A stretch of 64,000 nucleotides of DNA. Origin: Ignavibacteriota bacterium. Its GTDB lineage: Bacteria; Bacteroidota; Ignavibacteria; UBA10030; UBA6906. Shown one piece after another: positions 19,771 to 29,660 of the stretch; position 1 is the first letter of the stretch; each line of letters opens with the position of its first letter. Where the stretch lies: assembly GCA_963837815.1 (NCBI GenBank), contig CAWIOS010000014.1:19426-83425 (forward strand), in the 5' to 3' direction. Below the pieces are notes generated by a model. The model searched no databases. It was not told the origin of the DNA and worked only from the letters and a program-made list of their open reading frames with translations. The translations under genes were made by a program, and so were the position numbers.

Positions 19771-20103
19771 ATGATAACAACGTTACGTGTCCTGTTCATT
19801 CTGATCTTTGTGTATATGACGTATACCGTCATAGCAACAAGCCTCGAAAGCAATCTTGTTGCGGATTGGTCAGGTCTTGCAACAATTCCATGGATGACCG
19901 CCACGCTCAAAGACTTCTATGCGAACATTGTAATAATCGCTCTCTGGATGGTGTACAAGGAACGCGGCTGGGTTTCACGGCTCGTCTGGGTCGTTCTCTT
20001 CGTCTGCCTGGGAAGCATAGCAACATCAGCCTATGTCCTGATCCAGCTCTTTCGCGTTTCGACAGGAGATTCTGTCGAAAGGGTTCTGGTAAATCACCTG
20101 TGA
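19771..20103 (+). CDS. DUF1475-family membrane protein
   Basis: PWMTATLKDFY, WMVYKE, LGSIAT pattern; about 3 TM helices. Confidence 0.75.
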   Translation: MITTLRVLFILIFVYMTYTVIATSLESNLVADWSGLATIPWMTATLKDFYANIVIIALWMVYKERGWVSRLVWVVLFVCLGSIATSAYVLIQLFRVSTGDSVERVLVNHL

Positions 20104-20200
20104 CATTCGATGAATCATAATCGGCATCCTGCCGTCCATCGGCGTCAGCGCCGAATTTTAGAGCGATTCACCGTATTCCGACGAGTATGAAGAGAGGTGG

Positions 20201-21004
20201 ATGATGATAGCATTGATGCTTGAAGGGTATGCGATTCTGGTGATCATGATGGCAACAGTCTGGTTGATTTACCGCCGGATCGACAACGCGGCCATCGTGG
20301 ATGTCGGGTGGGGGGGCGGGTTCGCGATTCTGGGCCTCGTCTTCTTCCTCCTCGGCCAGGGCCTCCCGGAGCGGAGAGTCCTCATAAGCGTACTCATGGT
20401 CCTGTGGGGCGGGCGCCTTGCATGGCATCTGTTGAAGGACCGCATCCTCTCCGGCAGGCCCGAGGACGGCCGCTATCAGGATTTCCGCGCAAAGTGGAGA
20501 GATCGCATTGATCTGAAGTTCTTTCTGTTCTTCCAGGCTCAGGCCGCGCTCGTCATTCTCTTTTCAACCCCGATGGCGCTTCTCTCATCGGCAACTGCTC
20601 CTCCGGTTACGCCGGTTGAATGGATCGGCGTCGCGGTGTGGCTCGTCGGCTTTTCAGGTGAAGCGGCGGCAGATTCTCAACTCAAGCGGTTTAAGGACGA
20701 TCCGGTCAACAGGGGGAGAACGTGTCAATCGGGCCTCTGGAAATATTCGCGTCACCCGAACTACTTCTTTGAGTGGGTGATTTGGGTGTCGTATTCCCTG
20801 ATGGCGCTCGCCGTGCCATACGGCTGGATCGGGATCCTCGCCCCGCTGGGCATGCTCTATATTCTCCTCCGGATCACGGGGGTATCGTTGACTGAGGAGC
20901 ACGCCCTGCGGACGCGGGGCGCGGAATATAGAGAATACCAGGGAACAACGAGTCCCTTTGTGCCTCTTCCACGCCGGGCGCCGCGAAAGGTGGTTGCGCG
21001 ATGA
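20201..21004 (+). CDS. DUF1295 steroid-5-alpha-reductase-like membrane protein
   Basis: [36 protein letters not shown]. Confidence 0.9.
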   Translation: MMIALMLEGYAILVIMMATVWLIYRRIDNAAIVDVGWGGGFAILGLVFFLLGQGLPERRVLISVLMVLWGGRLAWHLLKDRILSGRPEDGRYQDFRAKWRDRIDLKFFLFFQAQAALVILFSTPMALLSSATAPPVTPVEWIGVAVWLVGFSGEAAADSQLKRFKDDPVNRGRTCQSGLWKYSRHPNYFFEWVIWVSYSLMALAVPYGWIGILAPLGMLYILLRITGVSLTEEHALRTRGAEYREYQGTTSPFVPLPRRAPRKVVAR

Positions 21005-22119
21005 ATATCGATAGACTGCTGGAGAAAAATATTCTTCCCGATCTGGCGATCCGGTTCGGCATCCGGCGCCTCCTGCGTTCTCGGCTCCGATTGGAAACGA
21101 TGCAATCACCCGAGGCCCGGCAGCGGCGTCTCATGGATCTGATACGAGAGATGAAAAGGAGCCCGATTGCGGTACGGACGGAGGACGCCAACGGGCAGCA
21201 CTATGAGGTGCCGACGGACTTCTTCCGCCACGTCCTCGGTCCACACATGAAGTACAGCTGCTGCTATTGGCCGGACGGTCATATGAGCCTCGGTGCTGCG
21301 GAAGAAACAATGCTTGAGATGACGTGCGAAAGGGCGGAACTTCGTGACGGCTACGAGATCCTCGAACTGGGCTGCGGCTGGGGATCTCTCACGCTCTTCA
21401 TGGCAGAACGCTATCCTGCGTGCCGGATTACCGCGGTCTCCAATTCCAGGACCCAGAAAGTCTGGATTGACGGCGAGGCCGCCAGGCGAGGGCTGCATAA
21501 CGTTACCGTGATAACCGCCGATATGAACACATTCGACATTGATTGTGCATTTGACAGGATCGTCTCGGTCGAGATGTTTGAGCACATGCGAAACTATAAG
21601 CGCTTGCTGGGATCGGTGGCGCGCTGGCTGAAAGACGACGGCAAACTGTTTGTGCACATCTTCTCGCACACGGAGCTTGCGTACCTGTTTGAGGACCGAG
21701 ACTCCACGGACTGGATGGCTAAGTACTTTTTCTCCGGCGGCATCATGCCCAGCGATAATCTGCTCCTGTACTTCAATGATGACGTGAAAGTGGAGAACCA
21801 CTGGCGGGTGAGCGGAATCCACTACCGGCGCACCGCAGAGGCATGGCTTGCCAATATGGACGCCGCAAAAGCCGAAATCATGCCATTGCTTGCTTCGACG
21901 TACGGCGTGGACCAGGCGACAAAATGGTGGGTATACTGGAGAGTGTTCTTCATGGCATGCGCAGAGCTCTGGGCGTTCCGCAACGGCGGGGAATGGATCG
22001 TCAGTCACTACCTGTGTACGAGAACGAACGCGGCATTGCCGCGTGAGAAGTGCGCCACGGGCTTCCCTCTGCAGGCATCCCGGGGATGCCCTCCGGAGAA
22101 TTACGAGAGGATTTCATGA
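21001..22119 (+). CDS. SAM-dependent methyltransferase, Cfa-like family
   Basis: [45 protein letters not shown]. Confidence 0.9.
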   Translation: MNIDRLLEKNILPDLAIRFGIRRLLRSRLRLETMQSPEARQRRLMDLIREMKRSPIAVRTEDANGQHYEVPTDFFRHVLGPHMKYSCCYWPDGHMSLGAAEETMLEMTCERAELRDGYEILELGCGWGSLTLFMAERYPACRITAVSNSRTQKVWIDGEAARRGLHNVTVITADMNTFDIDCAFDRIVSVEMFEHMRNYKRLLGSVARWLKDDGKLFVHIFSHTELAYLFEDRDSTDWMAKYFFSGGIMPSDNLLLYFNDDVKVENHWRVSGIHYRRTAEAWLANMDAAKAEIMPLLASTYGVDQATKWWVYWRVFFMACAELWAFRNGGEWIVSHYLCTRTNAALPREKCATGFPLQASRGCPPENYERIS

Positions 22120-23378
22120 CATCGATCGCGATAATCGGCACCGGTATCGCCGGCATGGGGTGCGGACACTTCCTTCACCGGAAATTCGACATCACGATGT
22201 TCGAACAGAACGACTACGCCGGGGGGCACACAAATACCGTGACGGTCGACGAAGATGGTATCGCAATCCCGATCGACACGGGTTTTATAGTGTACAACGA
22301 GGTGACCTATCCGAACCTGACCCGGTTGTTCCGTGAGCTCGACGTCCGGACAACGGAGACATCCATGTCGTTCAGCAGTCAGCACGTGCCGTCCCGGCTT
22401 GAATTCTCGGGTTCTGGTTTGAGCGGGTTGTTCGGACAACGGAAGAACCTGTTTTGCCCCTCCTTCTGGCGGCTTCTTCTCGCGATCAACCGCTTCAACA
22501 GGGAAGCGCCGGAAATTATTGACGATGCGCGCTATGCCGGTCACACGCTCAGCCGGTATGTCGCCGAGAAGAATTACAGCGAAGACTTCCTCAATAAATA
22601 TCTGATCCCGATGAGTTCCGCCGTCTGGTCAACGCCTGCGGAGAAGATGCTGAATTTCCCGGCAATGACCCTGGTCCGGTTCTTCAAGAACCACGGTTTC
22701 CTCGGACTCGACACTCAGCATCAATGGCGTACTGTCGTGGGCGGCAGCAGGTCGTACCGAGACAGGCTGATCGCCCCATTCCGGGAACGCATCCGCCTCA
22801 ACTCCCGGGTCCGAAGCGTTGCACGGCAGAACGGGGGAGTTGTGCTTGAAACGGCCGATGGTTCACGCCAGGCGTTTGATAAAGTCATCTTTGCGTCCCA
22901 TGCCGATCAAACGCTGGACATGCTCGCGGATGCAGGCGCAGATGAGCGGCGCCTCCTTGGTGAATTCAAGTATCAGAGAAATACTGCAACACTCCACACA
23001 GACAGTCGGGTGATGCCCGGGCACAGGCGAAACTGGTCGTCTTGGAACTACCGGATCGAAGCAAATGCAGACGGCGTCCTGATCCCGTCGATCGTCTATT
23101 ACATGAACAGTCTGCAGAGGGTGTCACAAAAGAAGGACTATTTCATCTCCATCGGTGATCCCGGCAGCGTACAACCCGGCCGGATCCTGAAAACAATTGT
23201 GTACGAGCATCCTCTCTACACGGCCGGCGCAGTGGCGGCCCAGAAGGAACTCCGTTCGTTGAACAAACCGGGACCCGTCTATTATTGCGGCAGCTACTTC
23301 CGCTACGGGTTCCACGAGGATGCCCTCACGTCGGCGATCGAGGTGTCCGAAGACGTGAGAGGAGGGAAAGTCTGGTGA
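22116..23378 (+). CDS. FAD-dependent oxidoreductase (UfaD/RSP1091-like)
   Basis: [23 protein letters not shown]...YPNL, WSSWNY, YGFHEDA; ATG at 22116. Confidence 0.9.
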   Translation: MTSIAIIGTGIAGMGCGHFLHRKFDITMFEQNDYAGGHTNTVTVDEDGIAIPIDTGFIVYNEVTYPNLTRLFRELDVRTTETSMSFSSQHVPSRLEFSGSGLSGLFGQRKNLFCPSFWRLLLAINRFNREAPEIIDDARYAGHTLSRYVAEKNYSEDFLNKYLIPMSSAVWSTPAEKMLNFPAMTLVRFFKNHGFLGLDTQHQWRTVVGGSRSYRDRLIAPFRERIRLNSRVRSVARQNGGVVLETADGSRQAFDKVIFASHADQTLDMLADAGADERRLLGEFKYQRNTATLHTDSRVMPGHRRNWSSWNYRIEANADGVLIPSIVYYMNSLQRVSQKKDYFISIGDPGSVQPGRILKTIVYEHPLYTAGAVAAQKELRSLNKPGPVYYCGSYFRYGFHEDALTSAIEVSEDVRGGKVW

Positions 23379-24154
23379 TGCAATCCTCCCTGTACCGATC
23401 GACGGTCATGCATCACCGGCTCGCCCCGGCGAAACACTGCTTCGTGTACGGCATCTTTCTGTTCTGTCTCGATCTTGACGAGATCCTGATGCTCGACCGG
23501 AACCTCTGGCTCTTCGGGCACAACCGGAAAAACGTGTTTGAGTTCAGGGATGCCGACCACCTGTCCGCGGGCAGGGACTCTGTCAAGGACAGCGTCATTG
23601 CCTATGTGCGGTCGCAAGGAGTCCGGGATCCCGTCGCCAGAGTGCTCCTCATCACACACCTGCGGACGCTGGGTTACGTCTTCAATCCGGTTTCCTTTTA
23701 CTACTGTTTCGGACCCGGCGACGAGCCCGTGTGCTGCGTTGCGGAGGTCATGAACACGTACCGGGAGATGAAACTCTTTTTGATCCGGCGGGAGCAATTT
23801 GCCGGGGGGATGTTCCGGATGGTAAGGCCGAAGCATTTTTATGTCTCCCCGTTCGTAGATCTCGACGATATGTTCGAGTTTCGCCTGGCACTCCCCCGCG
23901 ACAGTCTCCGGATCCATATCAATGACATCGACAAGAGGGGGAACACGTTTCTTGTCACGTCACTGACCGGGAAGCGACGGGAGCTGACAAATTCCAGGCT
24001 CCTGGGGTACCTCTTTCGGTTCCCCCTCATCACCGTCAGAATAATCTGGTCCATTCATTGGCAGGCGCTGCACCTGTATGTGAAAGGTCTCCCCTACCAC
24101 AAGAAAGCATCTGATCCACATTTGCAACGAGAGGTTCACTATGCACGACACTGA
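23378..24154 (+). CDS. DUF1365-family protein (UfaO/RSP1090-like)
   Basis: VMHHRLAP, GYVFNPVSFYYC, AEVMNT, KHFYVSPF, IHWQALHL; TGATG coupling. Confidence 0.9.
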   Translation: MQSSLYRSTVMHHRLAPAKHCFVYGIFLFCLDLDEILMLDRNLWLFGHNRKNVFEFRDADHLSAGRDSVKDSVIAYVRSQGVRDPVARVLLITHLRTLGYVFNPVSFYYCFGPGDEPVCCVAEVMNTYREMKLFLIRREQFAGGMFRMVRPKHFYVSPFVDLDDMFEFRLALPRDSLRIHINDIDKRGNTFLVTSLTGKRRELTNSRLLGYLFRFPLITVRIIWSIHWQALHLYVKGLPYHKKASDPHLQREVHYARH

Positions 24155-25415
24155 AATCCTAACGTATCCACATTCCCTTCCCGCATCCCGTCCATTGTCC
24201 GAACGGATTGTTCTCGGGACGCTCGAAGGAATGAGCAAGGGAATGATCACGGTCACGCTCCCCGGTGGTGAAGTACTTCGCTTTGGCACGAACGACGCCA
24301 CGCTGCGCGCAGCGATGAACATCATTCGTCCTGCCTTCTTCATGAAATGCATTCTCTACGGCGACGTCGGATTCAGCGAGGCGTATGTTGACGGCGACTG
24401 GGAAACGGACGACATTACAAGCGTCATTTCCTGGTTCCTGCTCAACGTCGAGAACGCTCCGACAGTATCGGGCAGCCGGCGGAAGACGCGGGTGTTCAAC
24501 CTCCTGAAAACGGTCAACACGATCGCCCACCGTCTCCGCGACAACTCACTGCGGGGAAGCAGCCGCAACATCAGGGCGCATTACGACCTCAGCAATGAGT
24601 TCTTCAGCCGGTTTCTCGATCCGGGAATGACATACTCTTCGGCGTATTTTTCAAAGCCCGGCCTCACGCTGCAGGAAGCCCAGACCGAAAAGTACGACCG
24701 ACTCTGCCGTCAGCTTCGCCTGCAGCAAACGGACAATGTACTCGAAATCGGGAGCGGCTGGGGCGGCTTCGCAATCCACGCAGCAACGACGTACGGCTGC
24801 CGCGTAACAACAATAACGGTCTCCGAAGAGCAATTCCACTATACACGGGATCGGATTCGTCGCGAAGGTCTGGAGGATCGCATTGAAGTTCGTCTCCAGG
24901 ATTACCGGACAATCACCGGATCGTTCGACAAGGTCGTTTCGATTGAAATGCTGGAGGCAGTGGGTCACCGGTATATGGAGACGTTCTTCGGCAAGTGTCA
25001 CGAGGTCCTGAAGAAGGACGGTCTGCTGGGGATGCAGGTGATCGTTTCGCCGGACTCACGGTACGATTCGTTACGGAAAGGAGTCGATTGGATTCAGAAG
25101 CACATCTTCCCGGGCTCACTCCTCCCGTCGATCGCCCGCATCAATCAGGCGATCAATTCCACGGGCGACCTGTTCCTCCACGACCTCAAGAACCTCGGAC
25201 TGCATTACGCAACAACGCTTCGTCTCTGGCGCGAGACCTTCAACACGAACATCAAGGGAGTCCGTGACCTGGGGTTCGACGATCGTTTTGTCAGAACGTG
25301 GAACTACTACCTCAGCTATTGTGAGGCAGCATTCGCCATGCGCAACATCAATGTGGTGCAGATGGTGTACACGCGGCCCAACAATGCGTTGCTAATGCGG
25401 GACGGTTGTCGGTAG
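24141..25415 (+). CDS. cfa: Cyclopropane-fatty-acyl-phospholipid synthase family methyltransferase (UfaM-like)
   Basis: NIRAHYDLSNEFF, MTYSSA, LEIGSGWG, SIEMLEAVG, IFPG, YYLSYCEAAF. Confidence 0.92.
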   Translation: MHDTEILTYPHSLPASRPLSERIVLGTLEGMSKGMITVTLPGGEVLRFGTNDATLRAAMNIIRPAFFMKCILYGDVGFSEAYVDGDWETDDITSVISWFLLNVENAPTVSGSRRKTRVFNLLKTVNTIAHRLRDNSLRGSSRNIRAHYDLSNEFFSRFLDPGMTYSSAYFSKPGLTLQEAQTEKYDRLCRQLRLQQTDNVLEIGSGWGGFAIHAATTYGCRVTTITVSEEQFHYTRDRIRREGLEDRIEVRLQDYRTITGSFDKVVSIEMLEAVGHRYMETFFGKCHEVLKKDGLLGMQVIVSPDSRYDSLRKGVDWIQKHIFPGSLLPSIARINQAINSTGDLFLHDLKNLGLHYATTLRLWRETFNTNIKGVRDLGFDDRFVRTWNYYLSYCEAAFAMRNINVVQMVYTRPNNALLMRDGCR

Positions 25416-25507
25416 TTCTTCGTTCACGTGACCCGACGCTGGAATGGGCAAACGGGCTTTACGTTCGTCACTGTTCTCAGTATTGTAGAATGACACCGGA
25501 TCGTGAA

Positions 25508-26143
25508 ATGATCGATAAACTTACGCACACAATCGGTAGATTACTGGCAGCGATGCCTTTCATTCTTCCATTCATCCCAACGGTCGCCATGGCAATCGAA
25601 GAACCCAAATACACGGTCGTCAAGAAAGATGATGACGTCGAAGTCCGTCTGTACCTGCCCTTCATTGTGGCGGAAACGGTCGTCGACACGTCTGATTTTG
25701 ATATAGCCTCAAATGAGGGCTTCCGAAGACTCGCCGGCTATATCTTTGGAGGGAACAGCGTCCAGCAAAAACTCTCAATGACATCTCCGGTGTTGACTGA
25801 AAAGTCCCGGAAGATTGCGATGACGGCTCCCGTGCAAACCGAACGACGGGGAACTGTTCTGCGAATGACATTCATGATGCCGTCCGAGTTTACCCTGGAT
25901 TCGTTGCCGGTTCCCGATGATCCGAGAGTGAAGCTTCGCCGGGTACCGGCCGGGAAATTCGCCGCAATCACTTTCTCCGGTCGATGGACAGAGGAGAATT
26001 TCAACGAACACACGGAAGACTTGAAGAAGTGGATAGAAAAAGAGGGGCTGAAAGCCGCCGGGGAACCTGTCGTTGCGCGATACAATCCCCCCTTTGTTCC
26101 GTTCTTTTTCCGTCGGAACGAAGTCATGATACCCCTGGAATAG
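25508..26143 (+). CDS. SOUL heme-binding protein
   Basis: IEEPKYTV, GFRRLAGYIFGGN, IAMTAPV, FMMPS, ARYNPPF...RRNEV; start uncertain. Confidence 0.9.
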   Translation: MIDKLTHTIGRLLAAMPFILPFIPTVAMAIEEPKYTVVKKDDDVEVRLYLPFIVAETVVDTSDFDIASNEGFRRLAGYIFGGNSVQQKLSMTSPVLTEKSRKIAMTAPVQTERRGTVLRMTFMMPSEFTLDSLPVPDDPRVKLRRVPAGKFAAITFSGRWTEENFNEHTEDLKKWIEKEGLKAAGEPVVARYNPPFVPFFFRRNEVMIPLE

Positions 26144-26199
26144 GCTCTCCGCCGGCTTCAGGGCGGGTATTCGTCGAACATCAGAGGAGACATTGAAGC

Positions 26200-26595
26200 A
26201 TGGAATACTCAGAATACGTCCCCGGCGTCTGCAACATCGGCCCGGCAGAAATCGCAATGCGAAAGCGTACGGGTTGGATTGGATTCGCTTTGATCGTTTT
26301 CCTCTGGGGAGTCCTGACCTCTCTCGGATCATCGGTGATGTGGTTTTCCCTCCTCTTCATCCCATCCGCGATATCGGGAGTTGGATTCATCCAGGCGAAA
26401 ATGCATTTCTGTGCGGCTTTTGGAATGAGGGGACTTTTCAACTTCGGACCGAAGGTGGGAAAGACTGACACCGCACTGCAGGCTGAATTCAGGGCTCAGG
26501 ACAAAAAAAAGTCAATGCAAATACTCCTGTATTCTGCTCTCGTCGGAATCGCGGTCGCATTCGCCGCCTGCATTGTACGGCAAATCAGTTCGTGA
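26200..26595 (+). CDS. Small membrane protein, possibly YgaP/DUF2892-like
   Basis: AGGAG SD; CNIGPAE...R and HFC motifs; about 3 TM helices. Confidence 0.7.
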   Translation: MEYSEYVPGVCNIGPAEIAMRKRTGWIGFALIVFLWGVLTSLGSSVMWFSLLFIPSAISGVGFIQAKMHFCAAFGMRGLFNFGPKVGKTDTALQAEFRAQDKKKSMQILLYSALVGIAVAFAACIVRQISS

Positions 26596-26677
26596 GATGG
26601 GACCAATGCGCCGGCCTTCTGGTTCGATGATCGATGGGGTCAACAGCGTTGCTGTCGGAACAATGCAATGCGTTCGT

Positions 26678-28246
26678 TCAGTTCGCGCCGCTGATTCTAA
26701 AAACATACGCATAGCGGCAAGGAGGCACTTCCGGCGTGTGGATCGTGAGTCCTTCCTCGTTCTGTTCCCATTGCAGCTTCGCCTGCACACCAACAAGTTC
26801 CACCTTCCTGATATTGCCAAACCACAATCTCTCGGCCTTCGCCAGTGAACGGACGGTGATTGTGCCGTTGTGCGGCCAGCCGAGCGCGATTGCGTACAGG
26901 GTGTTCCCTTTGGTTGTGAACCGGATATCTTCAGAAGTGAGCGGAGTCTTGTTCTGTTTGAAGTCGCCTCCCTGCACACCTGTTTTTCCTTCACCAGAGA
27001 TTTTCCAGGGTCGCGTGCCGTAGATCGCTTCTCCATTCAGATCGAGCCACTTACCCACATTGAGCAGTATCGATCGTTGGTCATCGGGCAATGTGCCGTC
27101 TGACCGAAGACCGACGTTCAGCAGCAGGTTCCCATTTTTGCTCACGATGTCGCAGAGGTTGTGGATGATGACCGTGTCGCTCAACTCGGGCTTCCCGGAA
27201 TCAAAATACCAATTCTCCGGTATGGACGTATCAGTTTGCCATGGGTGAGGGAGTATAGTGTTCGTTTGACCTTTCTCGATATCCAGAACGATTGCTCCGG
27301 AATCCGGAACTGAACCGGGCTCCCACGATTTGATATTGAGCACCGCGTCAAGTCTTCCCTGGTGCCACCGCTGGCTGCTGTTGTAGAAATGGGAGGCGAT
27401 TTCGAGACCATAGTGTTCCATCCACGCCCGGGCTTTCTTGCAGCCATCCGAAGGGCATATCATCGGCATGGGGCCATCGAACCAGAGGAGATCGGGTTGA
27501 TACTTGTCAATAAGTTCCTTTGTCCGGGAAAACCATTTCTCACAATATGCCGTGTCGGGCGGTTCCGTGCATTGATGGGGGCGCGAATAGAGGTCCTGTG
27601 GGTCATATCCTTCCCACCAGAGGCCCTTCCCCTCCTCCTTCGTGAGATTCCCGTCGTAGGGGACTCCGTGTTTTTCCCCCGTCCCATCGCTGCCGTGGGA
27701 GGTGGAGAACCAGTCCCACGAACGGTCGGAATGTGAGGACACACCAAAACGGAGGCCGTACTTCCCGGCGGCCCGCTTCCATTCCCCGACAATATCGCGA
27801 TGAGGACCCATGTTCACGGAATTCCACGGTTGGAATGTGGATGCATAGTTGTCGAAATTGTCATGATGGACGGCCACGGGGACGATGTACTTCGCGCCAA
27901 TTGACCGGTAAAACCTCACAAGCGAATCCGGATCCCATTTCTCCGCCCGCCACAGAGGGATGAGGTCTTTGTACCCGAATTCAGACGGATGTCCGTAGTG
28001 GGCGGTATGGTACTTGTAGGTCGTTCCCCATTCAGCGCCGTGCTGCATGTACATCTGACGGGCGTACCATCCGTTTTCATGTGCAGGCACGCTTTGCACT
28101 CCCCAGTGCATGAAGATGCCGAATTTTGCATCGCGGTACCAGGCGGGAGCGACGTACTGATGAAGGGATTCCCAGTTTGGCTCAAATGTCTGCGAAAAGG
28201 CCGACGAGCCGAATCCGAGCAGAGAAATCAGGAAGATCGCTTTCAT
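26678..28246 (-). CDS. GH29 alpha-L-fucosidase
   Basis: WYRDAKFGIFMHWG, HHDNF, LWFDG, DIVSKNGNLLLN, GEAIYGTRPW; signal peptide from ATG 28246. Confidence 0.93.
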   Translation of the reverse strand: MKAIFLISLLGFGSSAFSQTFEPNWESLHQYVAPAWYRDAKFGIFMHWGVQSVPAHENGWYARQMYMQHGAEWGTTYKYHTAHYGHPSEFGYKDLIPLWRAEKWDPDSLVRFYRSIGAKYIVPVAVHHDNFDNYASTFQPWNSVNMGPHRDIVGEWKRAAGKYGLRFGVSSHSDRSWDWFSTSHGSDGTGEKHGVPYDGNLTKEEGKGLWWEGYDPQDLYSRPHQCTEPPDTAYCEKWFSRTKELIDKYQPDLLWFDGPMPMICPSDGCKKARAWMEHYGLEIASHFYNSSQRWHQGRLDAVLNIKSWEPGSVPDSGAIVLDIEKGQTNTILPHPWQTDTSIPENWYFDSGKPELSDTVIIHNLCDIVSKNGNLLLNVGLRSDGTLPDDQRSILLNVGKWLDLNGEAIYGTRPWKISGEGKTGVQGGDFKQNKTPLTSEDIRFTTKGNTLYAIALGWPHNGTITVRSLAKAERLWFGNIRKVELVGVQAKLQWEQNEEGLTIHTPEVPPCRYAYVFRISGAN

Positions 28247-28522
28247 TGGTCGTGTGAGAAGGTGCGTGGTGGTGGGCGTAACGGTTCCCCCCGCAGAGTT
28301 TTCCGTCTCAGCGCCGTTCCGGGACAATTAACGTAACCAGCTGCTATGTAAAAAAGCAAGCCCCGGGAGTATTTGTTTTGAACCTGTATGATATTTTCCT
28401 CACGCGAGAGCGGCTGATCATTCTGCTATTATATAGACGTGACCCGCCGGGGCGGGTCTCGAGCCCGGGGCTTCCCGCGTGAGCCTGCGTGGTCCCGCCT
28501 GTCACGGGCGGCAGGGACAATA

Positions 28523-28819
28523 CTATCCCTGTGGTCCGATCTTCTCCAGTTTTCCCGCGAGTTCGACGTCGAGCCCGGTGATTCCCCCCTCGCTGTGCGT
28601 CGAGAGGTCGATCACGACCTTGTTGTAGACATTCGACCACTCGGGGTGATGGTTCATTCCCTCTGCGATAAGCGCGGCGCTCGTCATGAATCCGAACGCG
28701 CCGACAAAGTCCACGAATTTGAATTCTTTGTGCAGCTTCCCCTCGACGACCTTCCAACCCTTGAGCTTCTTGACTGCGGTGGCAATCTCGGCGCCCGACA
28801 GCTTGCGACGTTCCGGCAT
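28523..28819 (-). CDS. phhB: Pterin-4a-carbinolamine dehydratase
   Basis: [22 protein letters not shown]; AAGGAG SD before ATG 28819. Confidence 0.92.
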   Translation of the reverse strand: MPERRKLSGAEIATAVKKLKGWKVVEGKLHKEFKFVDFVGAFGFMTSAALIAEGMNHHPEWSNVYNKVVIDLSTHSEGGITGLDVELAGKLEKIGPQG

Positions 28820-28977
28820 GATATCTCCTTCCATGGTTGTGAGTCAACCCGACCTAGGAAGAACCACTGGTTCGCCCCCGTTGTTCCCTTCATATGCGGG
28901 CTGTTTCTCCGCGGCACGATCGGTGAATTTGTGCGTGTGGAAGCGTATATTGTGAAATGCCGGATGTGGAATCCCCT

Positions 28978-29226
28978 ATGCGAAGCGTTACCGCCGTCTG
29001 TTTCGGACCGGTGCGCGAACTTGTCGGCGCCGGTTCATTGACGCTCGAGGTGAACCCCCCGTTTACGGGGGATGCCGCCTTCGAAGCACTGGCGGCGCGT
29101 TTCCCTCCGCTCCGCGCGTGGCGTGGAAGCCTCCGGCTTGCCGTTAACAGGGAATACGTTTCGTTTGAACGGGTTCTCGATGCGGGGGATGAGATCAGCT
29201 TCCTCCCCCCAGTGAGCGGGGGCTGA
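28978..29226 (+). CDS. moaD: Molybdopterin synthase sulfur carrier subunit
   Basis: LAVNREY...GDEISFLPPVSGG with C-terminal GG; alternative start 28957. Confidence 0.9.
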   Translation: MRSVTAVCFGPVRELVGAGSLTLEVNPPFTGDAAFEALAARFPPLRAWRGSLRLAVNREYVSFERVLDAGDEISFLPPVSGG

Positions 29227-29230
29227 GGCC

Positions 29231-29620
29231 ATGGTTGCGCTCACAGAAGACCCGATCGACGTTGATCTCATACTCCGCGGACTGGGGACGGCGCGGACCG
29301 GAGGGATCGACATATTCATCGGAACGGTGCGCGACACAAACGAAGGGAAATCCGTCGGTTCAATCGAGTACACGGCATACGTGCCGATGGCCGAAGAGGT
29401 GATGCGGAGGATCGAATCGGAAATCCGTGTGCGCTGGCCGGTTGAGAACGTAACGATAATTCACCGGATCGGGCTCCTGCGCGTGGGAGAGATCTCCGTC
29501 GTGACCGCGGCCGGCGCGCTGCACCGTGCCGAGGCGTTCGAGGCGACCCGGTACGCAATCGAACGGGTGAAAGCGGACGTCCCGATCTGGAAAAAGGAAT
29601 TCGCTCCCCTGCCCGGCTGA
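29231..29620 (+). CDS. moaE: Molybdopterin synthase catalytic subunit
   Basis: FIGTVR, HRIG, HRAEAF, KADVPIWKKE. Confidence 0.93.
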   Translation: MVALTEDPIDVDLILRGLGTARTGGIDIFIGTVRDTNEGKSVGSIEYTAYVPMAEEVMRRIESEIRVRWPVENVTIIHRIGLLRVGEISVVTAAGALHRAEAFEATRYAIERVKADVPIWKKEFAPLPG

Positions 29621-29660
29621 ACCGGGCGCCGGGAGAAGTTGCATCTTACCTGCTCTTTCA

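Noticed and set aside
28820-28977. Possible Moco riboswitch between phhB and moaD
   Set aside because: Two small hairpins and a TGGAAGGAG end on the minus strand, but the typical CCUCCC partner and multi-stem core are not evident; an Rfam scan would settle it.
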